The position numbers were made by a program, and so were the translations under genes. The notes under the pieces were generated by a model that saw only the letters and a program-made list of their open reading frames with translations, had not been told where the DNA came from and ran no database searches. From Paraspadella gotoi (lineage: Eukaryota; Animalia; Chaetognatha), in contig CM119270.1 in NCBI GenBank assembly GCA_051294375.1, positions 2,769,568-2,833,567 of the forward strand: a stretch of DNA of 64,000 bases. Direction: 5' to 3'. Below, piece by piece: positions 12,686-27,386 of the stretch (positions within the stretch are counted from its first letter, which is position 1; every line of letters starts with the position of its first letter).

Positions 12686-13770
12686 TATATCAAAATCGAG
12701 TGGAAATGATAATTGTCTTCTTGGAATAAGTAAGNNNNNNNNNNNNNNNNNNNNNNNNNNNNNNNNNNNNNNNNNNNNNNNNNNNNNNNNNNNNNNNNNN
12801 NNNNNNNNNNNNNNNNNNNNNNNNNNNNNNNNNNNNNNNNNNNNNNNNNNNNNNNNNNNNNNNNNNNNNNNNNNNNNNNNNNNNNNNNNNNNNNNNNNNN
12901 NNNNNNNNNNNNNNNNNNNNNNNNNNNNNNNNNNNNNNNNNNNNNNNNNNNNNNNNNNNNNNNNNNNNNNNNNNNNNNNNNNNNNNNNNNNNNNNNNNNN
13001 NNNNNNNNNNNNNNNNNNNNNNNNNNNNNNNNNNNNNNNNNNNNNNNNNNNNNNNNNNNNNNNNNNNNNNNNNNNNNNNNNNNNNNNNNNNNNNNNNNNN
13101 NNNNNNNNNNNNNNNNNNNNNNNNNNNNNNNNNNNNNNNNNNNNNNNNNNNNNNNNNNNNNNNNNNNNNNNNNNNNNNNNNNNNNNNNNNNNNNNNNNNN
13201 NNNNNNNNNNNNNNNNNNNNNNNNNNNNNNNNNNNNNNNNNNNNNNNNNNNNNNNNNNNNNNNNNNNNNNNNNNNNNNNNNNNNNNNNNNNNNNNNNNNN
13301 NNNNNNNNNNNNNNNNNNNNNNNNNNNNNNNNNNNNNNNNAACGATTACGTCAACGTGGCGCCACGTCAAAGAGTTGGCGCTGACGCCAAGACGGCGCCA
13401 ATTTGCTTTTGACGTCGACGAGGCCCTCTGGCGTCTTAACCTCGTCGTTGCTCTTCTATTTTTCTCGACGTTGATCGATTTTTTCCGAGTTGACGAATCG
13501 ATTTTCGTCGGCTGCGGCTTCCGACGCTGCAGCCGCCGCCGTTGACGCTGATGACATCAGCAGTACGCCATTCCCCGCCAACCGAGACTTGATTACTCAA
13601 AATTTGACGCGTTAATTGCGTCGCCTCTCCTCCCTTAAATTGCGCCATATCGAAAAGTCCACCTCCCAGTGGCGCCATCCAACCCTCCGCCCATCCACCG
13701 CCAACCGACCACAACCGACCGTCCTCCGACCACTGCCTAACGACCACAACTTACCCTCGACCGACCTTAC

Positions 13771-13798
13771 CCTTGGCGTCCGTCGTATTTTGCGCCAT
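13771..13798 (-). CDS. Possible short first coding exon (MAQNTTDAK-) of an unidentified gene
   Basis: Minus strand aagATGGCG (strong start context, also a YY1-type motif) followed 28 nt later by AAGG|gtaagg, in a GC-rich island. No downstream exons identified; the 12735-13340 gap lies ~0.4 kb downstream. Confidence 0.2.
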
Positions 13799-16312
13799 CT
13801 TCCGACGACGCATCGGTTGAGCGGCGTCGGGAAACGACGACGACAGAGACGACGACTACAACAACGACGACAATCTCACGCGCGTACGACGACGACGACG
13901 ACGACGAGGTTCGCGAGAGAAAAAACGAGGAGCGAACGAATCGACGAAACAAACCTGGCGTCGCGAAAACGAATCGTTTGAAGGTGAAAAAAAAAGCTCA
14001 ACGTGTAAAATTAAAAAAATAAAAACGAGAAAAAAAAACTAAATTAAATTTTAAAAAAAGATTAAACGAAAATATTAATGATTTTAAAAGGACTCATCCG
14101 AAAAATGATTTAATATAAAACGAAAGAGAAGGAAAATAACAAACCAAAAAACGAAANNNNNNNNNNNNNNNNNNNNNNNNNTCTACCTCTCTCTCCTCTT
14201 CTTCTGTCTCTCGTCTCCTCTCTCTCCTCTTCTCTCTCTTCCTCTTGTCTCTCCTTTCTCTCTCTCTCTCTCTTCTCTCCTCTCTTCTCTCCTCTCTCTC
14301 TTCTCCTCTCTCCTCCGTTCCTCTCTCTCTGTCCGACGTCCCTGCTTCTTTTCCCCCCCGCTTCCTTTCCCTCCACTTGCCAAAACTCTTCCGACCGTTA
14401 ATTTTTATAAAAACAAAATTGCCTACCCTTATGCGGAGAAATAAAAAACAAAAAAAATAAAAACATGACGCGGCGTTCAAATAAATGACGCGATGCTAGA
14501 TCAAAGAGGATCGCGGACTAATTACTACGTCCACTTTCTCTACTGCCCCTAAGTATGCTTATGATCGTGAGTTTCGTCTTCCTCCTGGCATCACAGGTCG
14601 CTGTCATTCGCTTCTTCGTCGTCCCGTCGTCTCGTCTGCCGTCGTGTCGACTCGGGGCCGTCGCATAGCAAATCTTTAAAAGATGGAATTGTTTAGCGTT
14701 TCGCTCTCGAACGACTCCTAAAACGGTAAACATAACAAAAGCACGGGCTCCTTCGCTCTCGCTTAGGCGTTTCTCTCTCTCTCTCTTTCTCTTTCTCTCT
14801 CTCTCTCTCTCTCCTGATGGGCACGTCCGCTCCCTTTGGCGTTCTCTCTCTCTCTCTCTCTCTTGTCTTCTTCGTCTCTCTCTCTCTCTCCTCTCTACTC
14901 TTTCCGTTGCATCTTTCGAGCGGGCCGTGCGCGACATCTTTACTTTTCTCCTCTAAAATCCGGATACATAAACCAAAGGGAAAACAAAACAATAAAAAAA
15001 AAAAAACCAAAAACAAAAGGATGTAGACCAACTGAGCCTTCTAATTGTTTTGCCTAACGAAACATTTTATTTTAGCTTCTGAAACTAAACAAAATCGAGG
15101 AAAGAAATTAGTGAGAAAAACGGAGACAAAAGGCTAATTATTTTTTTCCTGAGCTGCTCGATCAAAATACAAACTCCCTCTTCCCTCTTTGGGATTCCGA
15201 TCCCCAAGACTTAAAATTCATGCGTTGCTTAAATTTATAATTCTTTTTTTCTCTCTTTCAAATTTCCCTTCCGAATTTTATTCTGCTGATATTTAAAATT
15301 CCCATTGAAGCTACCGAAGTCGTCGGATTTCAAAGCGCACAAAAAAAAAAAATAAATAAAATAAAACAAAAAAACGATTTAATGAAAACAATAAAGACAA
15401 CAACATCGACAACCAACAAAAAACTGCCAAGCTCTAAATCATATTCAAAACTCTTCGTTCGACTCGCCTCCACTTAAAAAAAAAAGAGATTTAACCTCCG
15501 CCATAAAAAAAAGAGATTTATCCTCGGAATTGTTTTAAATCTTCGCGGATTTAAATCGACTTAAATAAATCCTTTTCGAATGAAATTAGATTTAAAAATT
15601 CAAACTTAGACTTCACGGTCAATGAAAGAAAAATCTCCGCCATGTTTTTCTACGCTTTTCTCTTTTCCGCGGTTTTCGCGCTTTCGTCTCCGGCCACTGG
15701 TTAGTTTATCTCTTTCTTTTTTGTCTTTTTTTTTTCAGTTTTTGTTTCTACTTTTATTTTTTTAGTGTGAATGTTTCGTTAATTTATAATTGTATAAACT
15801 CGGTTACATTCATCGCGTGAATTCGATGCTCGGTGCGTGGGAAATCCTTTTTTTTTACAAGACGTAAAATAAGTAAAATAACTTTTAAAAACCTTTACCT
15901 TTTTCTTTGTCGTTTGTGAGAAATAGGTTTTGATATTGTTTCTCCGGACTGATGATTTCAATAACGAATACAGAAGATATAAAAAGGAATAAAAAGTGTT
16001 TATAATTGCAATTAACCAATTTGTTGTTTTGTTTCGTCGTCGCGAGCGACATCTGGCGATTGTTTTCGACGTTGTCTCCTGGGAATAAACAAAGGAGCAT
16101 CGAGCTTCAAACTAATGCGACAAAACGAATCTTTTGTTTGGGCGGGGCCGGGGGGGGGGTAGGAATGGGACAGTTATTATAAATTCTAAATCATTGCAAT
16201 TATTTATATTATTATTATTAATGCATTGTGATTTAATCGGATTATAAGTAATTAAAGTCAGAAATAACAGCCGCTTTAAAAAAAATTACATTTTAAAATT
16301 TAACCTTTAATC

Positions 16313-16392
16313 TTGACCACCCCATCAGCCCGATATTGACCACCCCATCAGCCCGATATTGACCACCCCATCAGCCCGATATTGACCATCCC
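16313..16392. repeat. 23-bp tandem repeat (tattgaccaccccatcagcccga) x~3.4
   Basis: Near-perfect units visible directly. Confidence 0.9.
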
Positions 16393-16498
16393 AGTGACCG
16401 TAGCCCCCTTTTTTCCTACCAAGTCCACTGAATAAATTCACCCACGGATTTCGCAATCGATCGATTCCGTATTAATGAGATGGATCGAGTCCGTGGGT

Positions 16499-16643
16499 TC
16501 ATCTCTGCTCCGGATCTCTGCTCCAATAGATCTCTGCTCCACTGAATCTCTGCTCCGGATCTCTGCTCAACTTAATCTCTGCTCCACTTAATCTCTGTAC
16601 CAATAAATCTCTGCTCCACTAGATCCACCAAATCTTTGCTCCT
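16499..16643. repeat. Degenerate minisatellite with core atctctgctcc
   Basis: About 9 cores with 13-17-bp spacing running into a gap. Confidence 0.85.
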
Positions 16644-19600
16644 NNNNNNNNNNNNNNNNNNNNNNNNNCAATTTCTTCAGCTCAACCTCCCAATCTCTGC
16701 CCTCCAGTGCGAGATTCTCCTGCCCCGTCGGAATCAATCTTTTCCGCCGCCATTATCGATATCGTTTCCCTTCGTCTCTCTCGTACAATATAACCTCTTG
16801 GCCTTCTGCTTAATCTCAACAAGGTCTTATCACTCTACAGTGCCCTCATGCTCATGTCTCCTGTGCGTCTTATCTCAGATTACTCAATACAAATCTACTC
16901 TCCTCTCATAGTGGCCTACAATCTCTTCTCATCTCTCATATACAAGCCCTTAAGCTTTGCCTCTTCTTTTTTTCTCCTTCCTTGTCCCACGTAGCTGGTT
17001 TCTTCTCTTCTTCATATAATTTACAGTATCGCTGAACAGGTTCTGACAACCAGAAGCTCGAACCTTAGTATTGAAGCGTTTGATCCTGTAATTTCCGCCC
17101 ATTTCACAAGAACTTTTCTGCTATCACAACCTTCCCATCAATTAATATCGCCGTCTCCTCCCTCATTAACATATATGCTCGACATCGGCTGTAGCTTTCC
17201 TATTATCTAATATTCCTTGCCATACTTCTCACTACGCTCCTCACTCCAGATCGAAATATACACTTTTTCATATTCGTTTAGCCTCCTTTTACTACCCTTT
17301 ACAATGGTCTTAGTATTATATTTTTTTTACAAGCTCCTCCATAACCGAAAACATACTCTTTAACAACTTCAGGTCAGCCAAAGATGTTGTTGTTTTTAAA
17401 ATGTAATAGATATGATGATGATGAAATGTGTTCGAGCTTCATATGTCTCTCACATATCCGCCTTTCTCGCTGAATTTTTTGCTAGTGGCGCACGCCACAT
17501 AGTTATGTGAAAACAGTAACGGATTTGTGATTCAACTCTATACTCCTTACTCATCATCCTCTATCCTCATACTCTTGATCATAGCATCAGTCCTCTCATC
17601 ATCTTCTCATACATACTCTCTAACCCTCCTTCTTGCTCATCTCGTGTACAGTACTACAGCTTCGTGAGGCACAGCTCCTATCATGTTGATTGTCTTATGC
17701 GTTCAGGTGGCATTCTCAGAATCAGCATCCAAAAATACTTTCATGCTTATTGAATCATTTATAATCAAACAAAATTCGTGTAAAACGAAATTGATACAAG
17801 AATAGCTATTTTATGAGGTGTTTGGATAGCATAAGACAATCATATTGTATCCTGTGTGTATGTAGATTACTGTTAGTTTGCAAGGCAATCGTACTCTTCA
17901 TTTGTTATTGGGCTCTGATCTCATTGAATCCTTTATCTTTCCGTACGAACAAATGACATTACTTAATATAAAAGTGTTTATATTAAAGCAATGCAATTTT
18001 CATGGCTCTTTCCATAAACGAACACAAAACACAATTTATATAATTTTTGATGTATTAATATGTGCTAATGTATATAAAAGTATTTATATATTATTTACGA
18101 TTGATTTTTAGAGTAAAAATAAATTTAGACTATAAAATCATATATTCTAGAGTTTATACATAGGATTTATATTTCTATAACCTTTTATATTTTTTTATTA
18201 TATTATAAATCAAAAAATTTTCTTTCCGCTTTATACTTAGTACTCTATTACTCTCTCTGGAGTAAACATCTCAGTTTTCGCTTCTCAGTTTTCTAGGCTT
18301 ATCCTATGATTGTACGTAGAACGAAAGTTATATATGAAATTATACTCGTATAAAGCTCTGCTGTTGGACGTGTCTTCATATACTGTCGAGTGAGATACTC
18401 TCTCGCACCTATGTGAGGGTCGATTCCACATGCTTCGGTGTTATATTATTAGATATACGTGCTGTTGTCCACCAAATATCTACGAAAACATTCTCATTTC
18501 CTCTAGAACTAGCGAAGAAACACTCTCCAACACTCCTACACACACTACAACATCTCTCTCGTTTTCTCTCTTACATCTCTCTCTTCTCATACTCCACATC
18601 CTTACATGATACTGCATATCTCTCTGTTGAGTACTCTTGGTTATCTTTCGCTCTCTCTTATTACTTTCTCGTATCATTTTACCTAACTCTTCTTTGTGTA
18701 AGGATTCAATTTTCTTACTCATTTTTTTATCTAGTTCTTTCATTTTCTCTTATTTCTTTCTTTCTTTATATCTTTCTTTCATTCATTACATTTATAGCTT
18801 TATAACTCTATAACTTACGTGTTCATTATCATTATTCATTATACTATTTTTTCGTTATACATTGCTCTACTCTACATGATAATTACTTTGACTCTATTGG
18901 TTTTATTGTCTCTTATTGCGGTATCGTCTGTACTATTGATAGTGTAAGACTTTGGCAATATAGCTTCTATATTAAATTGTCTAATCTCTCATGATTTCGC
19001 CAATGCCGAAAGAGAAAAAGTTTATGATCACTCTACACGAATTTCGTGGCATTTGGAAAGCTAAGATAAATCGAATATGTTAGAGAAACGTAGTCGCGAG
19101 AAATCCGCCTCCCACTTTCTTCGACCCACCTCGCACTCTCTCAAACAAAAAAAAATAGAATCTGAATACAAACACTCTGAATTCTAAATGAAGCCACATG
19201 TGTGTCAACAGTCTTACTTTATTATCATTTATAAATATACTATGGTACTCTTTATTCGATTATTGTTATGTAGTTATAGTTTTAGTTATATATTTTTAAA
19301 ACACAGCTCTTGCCCTTACATAGTTGTGATAGTATGGTGAGCGCTGAAAAAAACATAAGATTAGCAATAAAACTTAATGAGTTCTTTCCTGTAATTAGAC
19401 ACTCTTTGTATATAGATCCTCTGACTCTCTCATTTCTTCTTTCTTTATATGCTTCTCCTCCAGTCTCTCTCAGTTTGCTCATTCTTCTCGTTTCTTTATA
19501 ACTGCTCTCTTTCTTTTCATCTTACTTGTACAGTTTAATGGATATATATAATACATTCTAACAGTTCTCCTTCCTCGTGAGCCTAATCGGTCTCTCTCTG

Positions 19601-22600
19601 CGTCTGTCTCAAAGTCGCTCTCTCTCTCTCTATACATCTCCACATCTTGTTTCTGGATCCACCACCATCGCTCATATGAGGAAAATTCGGTTTCCCATCT
19701 TCGATTACAGTTCTATGAAGGACTCTGCTCCTTCTCTCTGAGATGTTGTTTATCTCGTTTCTAATATAGCTCTGACGTAAACCTAAGACAATTTTACTCG
19801 TGCAAGCTTATATACGAATAGCTCCCATCTATCGGAGCTCTATTGCTTCCTTTTAGCTCTCATAGCACAACCTGACTAATTCTTTGGGCGTAACTATTCA
19901 TGATTTAAATCTAAGGTCGAGTGGTGTCGCTCTATGCTAATGAAACTTTGAGTGTGGTGTAGAGAGAAGCGCCAAAACAAACGAAGATTTATTTTCATTG
20001 ATTGCTAACATTTTCAAAAGGTTCAAAAGCTGCCAACGCAATACAATGTTGTCGTATCGCTCGTGTAGTGCGCTTGGGATATTCGGTGATGGTATGGAGC
20101 GCGGCGATGGTATTTCAACTCCTTGGGTCCTGCATGGCTGTGATATGTTGAGCGTCCTCTCATTCGAGTTATTGCGCCGTTAAATCAGAAGCAAACTTGA
20201 CAGCCTTTTCCCCGGTGTTGACATTATAGGTGAGAAAAGACCAATAACGAACCCAGATTGACTAATGGGTTGCTCTCCGCATATTACTTCCCTGCATTAA
20301 TTCTCATTCTCGTGTTCTTATCCATCCTCTTCCTAACTTCCTTGGCAATAGTGAATCCGCCTTTTTGCGGTATTAAATACTTAGGCAAAGCCTAATACAT
20401 GAAATATCTATTATGGTGACTTAAATTTTGTATTGAGACCTTAGATTAAAAATATTACTCTTGCTAAAAATCATATATTCTATTGAATCTGCAGAATCTA
20501 ATAACTCTCGAGTCTTCGATTCTTAGTGCTTCCGTCGCTTATCTCTCACGACCTTTTCTGCCATGTGTCATCCGTGCCCTTTTTTTCTTATTCTGTCCGA
20601 CTCGTTGTTTGCTTTTCACGTCCTTTTACTTTTTACATTTGTAATAGACTCCCTTTAAGTCTCTCTTTTCTAGCTCTATTGCCCTTTACCTTAGTCTACT
20701 GCTCTTATTACTCGCCATTGAAGTTTCGGTCCTAGGACCAAATGGAACGACTGTACACTTCTCATTATAACGGTTAATTTTCTGCAATGTGTTTAGATTC
20801 GACCTTTTTTCCTCTCCTCCTCTAGTGCTGCGATCCTCTCGCCCCTTCACTTTCTTCGGGAACGCAGGAGCATTCTATAACAGAAATCGTCTGTAAACGA
20901 AAATAATATAGAGTGTTGACATGAAAGTGCCGCAGATCGCTGATGCAGTCTGGGCGTCGCATCTCTAGACCGATCTCTACAAAGGGTGTATTAGGGATAA
21001 GGTGAGTTCTAAACAAAGAATCATCGAAACTCCCTCACTTCCTCATAGGCGTCGCTCTCTCCGGAGCAATAAAATACACGTTCTACGTGTTCCTAGCCCT
21101 CGGTGCGTTCGTCTTTTGGCCCAGTTAAGAGACGGGGTCGGCTTAATCCTGCCCCATGTAACCGATGGTGTTACAGCCGATCGAAAGCCTCAGGGAGCTG
21201 CTTAATTGACTGCGATTCTGTCACTTCAAAAAATAACCACATAATTATGTCCTTCTCATTGGTGATTCCACCGATATTGCCATTACAATCCGTTGAGCGA
21301 ATGTGTATAGGCAAGCAGCGCCATCCAGCGGGCATGTGTGGTACCACAACTCGCCTCAGACGTTCTAGACTCACGACGACACCGTCGGCTAAAAATCCTC
21401 CCATCTATCGGCGCTCATCCCTGGCGCCACCTGGAAAATGGAGGTGGCGCTACCTGGATGTGGGCGGCGCCAACCGGAAGTGCCAACGCGGGACGACGGA
21501 ATCCTTGGAATTCGGTTGATGGGGTCTCGGGTTCGAGGCCGGTAGAAATAACGACCCAGATTTGTTTCTCTCTCTTACTCTCTCTCTCTCTCTCTCNNNN
21601 NNNNNNNNNNNNNNNNNNNNNNNNNNNNNNNNNNNNNNNNNNNNNNNNNNNNNNNNNNNNNNNNNNNNNNNNNNNNNNNNNNNNNNNNNNNNNNNNNNNN
21701 NNNNNNNNNNNNNNNNNNNNNNNNNNNNNNNNNNNNNNNNNNNNNNNNNNNNNNNNNNNNNNNNNNNNNNNNNNNNNNNTTCCGATTTAATAATTTAATT
21801 CGCCGAAACGAATTCCCTTATTTTCGTTGCCCCTTGGATCCAATCGTCGTCGTCATTGTCGTCGTCGTTGTCGTCATTGTCATCATCTTTGCAGTCGTCT
21901 TCATTGTCGTCGCCGTTATCGTCGCTGTTATCATTTATCGTCCTCGTCTTCATAGTAGCCGTCCTTCTTCCTCCTCTTTCCTCCCTTTTCTTCTTCATTT
22001 CTTTCCTTATTCCTCCCTTTCTTTTTCCTCTCTTTCCTTCTTCATGCCTTTATTTCTTTCTCTTTTTCTTTCTTCATTCCTTTTCTTCTTCCTCCCTTTC
22101 CTTCTTCTCTACTTTCCTCCATTTCCTTCTTAATACCTTTCTTCCTTACTCCCTTTCCTTCTTTCTCCATTTCAGTTTTCTCACTTTCCTCTTACCTCCC
22201 TTTCCTTCCTCCGATAATTTTCTTTCAATTTTCTTTTTTTTTTCAACTTTCGCTTCTGTCTTATTCTCTTATCGGCTTCCGTTTCGCCTTTTCCGCTCTT
22301 CGCTCAGAGTTCAAATTTCATTTTAGAATTTGAGATATTATAGCATTTGTTTTTCAATGTAAAAGAATTTATTTGTTTCATCGCATAATACAATATTATA
22401 GCATTATAGCATTTTCCAATCAAATACTTAGGATTGGTCCTTTTTATCTAGTTAGTTTAATGCATGGTATCCTACTTTAATTCGTAAATATCGTTTATTT
22501 GTTTGCGTTCATATATGGAATATAGGGCCATTTTATCCCTGCCTTCAGGCTGTCGCAGAGAAGGGGGAGAGAATAGCGAAACATTTTATTATTTATGTGC

Positions 22601-24576
22601 GATTATATGAACAATTTTGTGGTAAGTTGGTTCATTAGAGTAACGACCGAGACGAGGAAAGGGAATGGGCAACGACGACGAGAAAGATGGGCCAACGGTC
22701 TGTGGGCAATCGGAAGGCCGCCGTTGATTCATGCGGCACAATGGAAAATTATCTGAAGGAGGATTATCAAGTCGGGAGACAAGACTGCAGTGGGCGATTC
22801 GTTTTTGCAGTTTTCAAATTCAATTTTTAAGCGTCAGATTGTGTTTAATCGGGTCCTCATGTGTTGTTTCTAAATAGATTTGTTAAAATGTTATTAGATG
22901 TGCTGTTTGTGTTAAATAGATTTGATGTTTCTTTAAAAAAGAAGAATACTTTTTTGTTTTTTCGAGGAGTTTGCTTGGGTATGTCGCTTTATTTGGAGAG
23001 ATCTGGGACAGTGCTGGGTCAATTTTGTCAATGCGTAAAAAAAAAATATAGGGCGCTTCCTAAAATGCAAAGTCCAGCGAAAAGGGTTCATTCTTCCGCA
23101 CCGGCTAAGCCCGTTAACTCGGTTGTTGTATGTTTGTTCGCTTGTCGTTGTCTCGGGTCGTCGTCGTCGCTTCTTCATCGTTTGCGGTCTAGTGTTGTAA
23201 AAAATGCTCATTCGTATGTTTGGAATTATAAATTAATTTAAATAAAATTAATTAAACCATGCTCACATCTATGCGTTTAAGATTAAAATGGGGACTGGTT
23301 GTTATACAGACTAAATTTAGCTTATCTGCAGAAAGTAAATATTTTCTTATTTTGTTTATTTTTTGACTGATATTTTGCGTCGCGTTTTCTCTTCCTTTGT
23401 TTTTCATTGTGATGCTAATATATTTGCAAACTGAGATAATAAAAACCACGCCGGTTTTTGCGAAATTAGTTCCATCATAATTTTAATGAAGAATCTTTTC
23501 GCGGTTTATTTTCACTCAACGATTCACAGTGGCGCGTTGACAATTGAGTTCACAATCGTAATCACGATCAACATCACAAAAGAAAAAAGGAAGGAACGAA
23601 TTGATTAAATGACTTTTGAGGTCAGACTTTGGCTTCTCTCTTCTCTCTCATCTTTCTGCTTTCTCAGTCTTTCTCTCTCTCTTCTCTTAGTCTCTTTCTC
23701 ATCCTTTCTCTCTCATCTCTCTCTCGCTCATCCTCTCCTCTAGATCGTCCGTCTCTCTGTCTCTCATCCATGCTCTTCACTTCTCTCTTCTCTCCTTCAC
23801 TTCCTCTTTTTCTTTTCTTGAATCACAAATTTTCACTTTAGGTCGCTTAGCCTAACTTGCTTCTGTGCCACCCTTCCCCCCATCTGGCGCTCTGCGCCTC
23901 TCTCTATATTTGTTGTCCTATTTCTCTCTTTTTTCCTCTCACTCTTCTACTATTTATTTCTCTTTCTTTTCTCTTTCTCTCTATCTCCATTCTCCTCTTT
24001 TTTTTACTTTAGTCTTTTCTCTCTCTTCTTCCTCAATCTCTTCTTAACTTTTTTCATCTCCATCTCCTATCCTTGTGTATTCTCATCCATACTTCTCTTT
24101 CTCTGCTCATCTTCTCTCTTTTTGCTCTCTCTCCTCTCTCTCTCTCTCCTGTATCTCTCTCTCTCTTCTCTCGTCATCTCTCTACCTCTCTCTCCTGGGA
24201 CACGTAGGCAAAGCTCGCGCATGGATGGAATACACTGAGAATGAAGAAAAATGCCAAAAATAGATTCGAACACACCATAACGGATACACATTTTGAGTCG
24301 TCTTTTGCGCATCGAGAGCTGCGAAAGGCCCCGGGAATCTCGGTTGGGAGGGGGGAAGCGGGGTGGGAAGGAGAGATGCGACAGGAGAGAGAGAGCAGAG
24401 AAGAAGAGGAGGAGAGGAGAGAAAAGGAGAGTAGAGAGAGAGAGAGGGAGAGAGAGAGAGAGAGAGAGAGGGGAAATAAAGAAAAAAGACTAGTATATCG
24501 GAAAGAAAACAAGAAAGAAAGAAAAAGAAAGAAAGAAAGAAAAAAAGAAAGAAAGCAAGAAAGAAAGCAAGAAAAA

Positions 24577-24619
<43 letters not shown>

Positions 24620-24712
24620 TTGGAGAGGCTGAGAGGGTAAGTCAAGGGGGTGGAATATGAGTCGAATTAAATCGAGGAAAGGAGAAAAATGGTAAAAGGA
24701 AGGAGACGGAGA

Positions 24713-24753
<41 letters not shown>

Positions 24754-25173
24754 ATTTAGCCTTAATAATGACATCGACGAATGCGGAAGGAATTGTAAAG
24801 ACGATGACAATAGAGTTGACATCGACAAAGATAATGATGATATCAAAGAGTAAAAACATTCATTGTCGAAGTCAAGAAATTAAAAGACGATGATGACGAC
24901 GTTAAGAGACGACAACGACGACAATGATGACGACAACGACAAAGAGGGCGACGACGAAGACGACGACAAAAATGACGACGACGACGACGACGACAGCGCA
25001 CTCAACGGCGAGAGTTCACGAAATTTCGTCGAAGGAAAAATGAGGAGAAAATAAAAAATGGAAAAATGGAAAAAAGGGATGGATGGAATGAGAGAGAGAG
25101 AGAGAGNNNNNNNNNNNNNNNNNNNNNNNNNNNNNNNNNNNNNNNNNNNNNNNNNNNNNNNNNNNNNGAGATT

Positions 25174-25218
<45 letters not shown>

Positions 25219-25609
25219 GCAACCAGAAAACCATATCACGCAGTTTAAATTCTCTCTTATGCCTGTCTCACCGCGGGTTTCGTCGGTCGGAACTTTCTCC
25301 AGAACCAAAACATGAAATTCTTATTTTTTTCTTCCTTTTTTAAAAAAACCAGATAAAAACAAACTAAACAGTTTTTTTTTCTTCTTTTTTTAAACCAGAA
25401 AAAAAAACTAAAGTTGACGCTCAGCTGACATCTGCGTCTAATCGTCCGCTTTCTCATTTCAATTTTCCAGCCTGAAAATTATTGGTCGTTAGTGAGAGAG
25501 AGAAAGANNNNNNNNNNNNNNNNNNNNNNNNNNNNNNNNNNNNNNNNNNNNNNNNNNNNNNNNNNNNNNNNNNNNNNNNNNNNNNNNNNNNNNNNNNNNN
25601 NNNNNNNNN

Positions 25610-25644
<35 letters not shown>

Positions 25645-25649
25645 TCAGT

Positions 25650-25681
<32 letters not shown>

Positions 25682-27349
25682 GTCGTTGAAACTCTGTACA
25701 GTCGAGACGGATGAAAGCGAAAGAGAAATCGCGCGATTTATTTCTACAGTTAAAGTCGATTTCGACTACAGAGAGAAACAGAAAGAAATTTCCATCTCAT
25801 GGAAAAAAAAAGAGAAAATCAAAATGGAAAATGGGAAATATATTTTCGACATTATCACTCTTTCTAATGTCTCAACAACCTAACTCTATGATGATGATTA
25901 CGTGGATGATATAAAATAATGACAATGACAAAATAAAAATTTGAATAAAACGTCATTGAAACAACTTACTGCATGATGACCCGTCGCTGATTAGGTGTAT
26001 GTTTTCGAACTAGTATTTTCATGATTTTAGATCTAGAACAGTGACAAAGCAATAAAAATATTTTTATCAAACTTATTTTTTCATTCTAATCTTTTTTTTG
26101 TACATAGTTAAAAAATTTATGAAGTTAAATAAAAAAAACCGAGATCATTAGATTTGACGTCATTTTCTAGAGGAAGCCACAATGACATTGACAATGACAT
26201 TATGATTATGGTGGTGATGATAATGATAATGATAATGACGACAACGAAGACAATCAAAGTCTTTCATTCTTCTCATTGGCGCAGAGTCACTTAAAGATAA
26301 CGAGAGAATGTCTCACTTCTGAGGAAACAAACCTTCCATCATTTTTAATGTTTACGCTTTCGCCATTAATTAAAAATAACTTTAGTCTCTCTTTATAATA
26401 ACTTCCTTCACACTTTACACCTCGCTGTCTTTCACAGTTTCACATCCACTCACAAAAGTCACCTTCAATCCACTTTTCGCTCTCACCGATTTACTTTTTC
26501 ACAGCGACTCACAATTCTTAACGATTTTTTTTTCTCTCTCTCTCTGCCTTTCACGACCACCTACCACGACCACCTTTTTTCCACCAAACCTCACCATCAT
26601 TTTAACCACCATCTATCACCCACCTTCCCCACCACCTTCTCCCACCACCTTACTCCACCCACCGCCGGTCGCTAATTTCACGTGGAGGGCCGAAGTCATT
26701 TCTCTCAATTAACGTCGACCGACGAGAGAAACGATTAATTCTTTCACCGTCACCCTCACTCTTTCACAACTCTTTCACAACGACACTGAATGTCTCACGG
26801 TGACACTGACATTCTCACGAGGTTACAGGCTGACTGAGAGATTCTTATGAGGTTTCAGGCGGGTACAGACACTCCTACACGGTTACACGCTGAGACACAT
26901 ACTCTCACTCTTATTCATTTTGACTGACGCTCACACTCTCACATAGTCACTGACATTCTCACACTTTCACTCTCACCTCTGCCATTGAATCTATTACACT
27001 GTTTCACTGTGAATCTCTCGCGCTGTTTACCACTAAAACTCNNNNNNNNNNCTCTCACACAAAAGTTTTTCTTTAACGTTGACCAAACTCGGGGCCGCTA
27101 TCATTTGCGGTTCAGAATTTCACATTTCGTTTCATCAAATACGTATTAACTCGAGCACTCGGGCATATATCACGTTTACCAATTTAAACTTTACACTGCA
27201 GTTTATCCCTCATCTTTTCAAATCTCACAAATATAAAACTTGTTCTCGTTTTAATATTTCGCTCTGTTATTTATTTACTTAAACAACGTCATCATCGAAC
27301 GATCCCTTAATAGTTTCACTTCACCATAGGCCAAAAGCTGTGAACCTTT

Positions 27350-27386
<37 letters not shown>

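Noticed and set aside
12615-13412. ORFs spanning N runs (also 21338-21798, 28330-29362, 35219-35596)
   Set aside because: Length is produced by the gap.
15940-15975. Hammerhead ribozyme core (ctgatga; also 13548 and 44228)
   Set aside because: No stem II followed by GAAA and no closing helices.
16313-16643. Short direct repeats resembling a CRISPR array (also 43205-43445)
   Set aside because: Units are contiguous or degenerate with no unique spacers and no cas genes; eukaryotic minisatellites.
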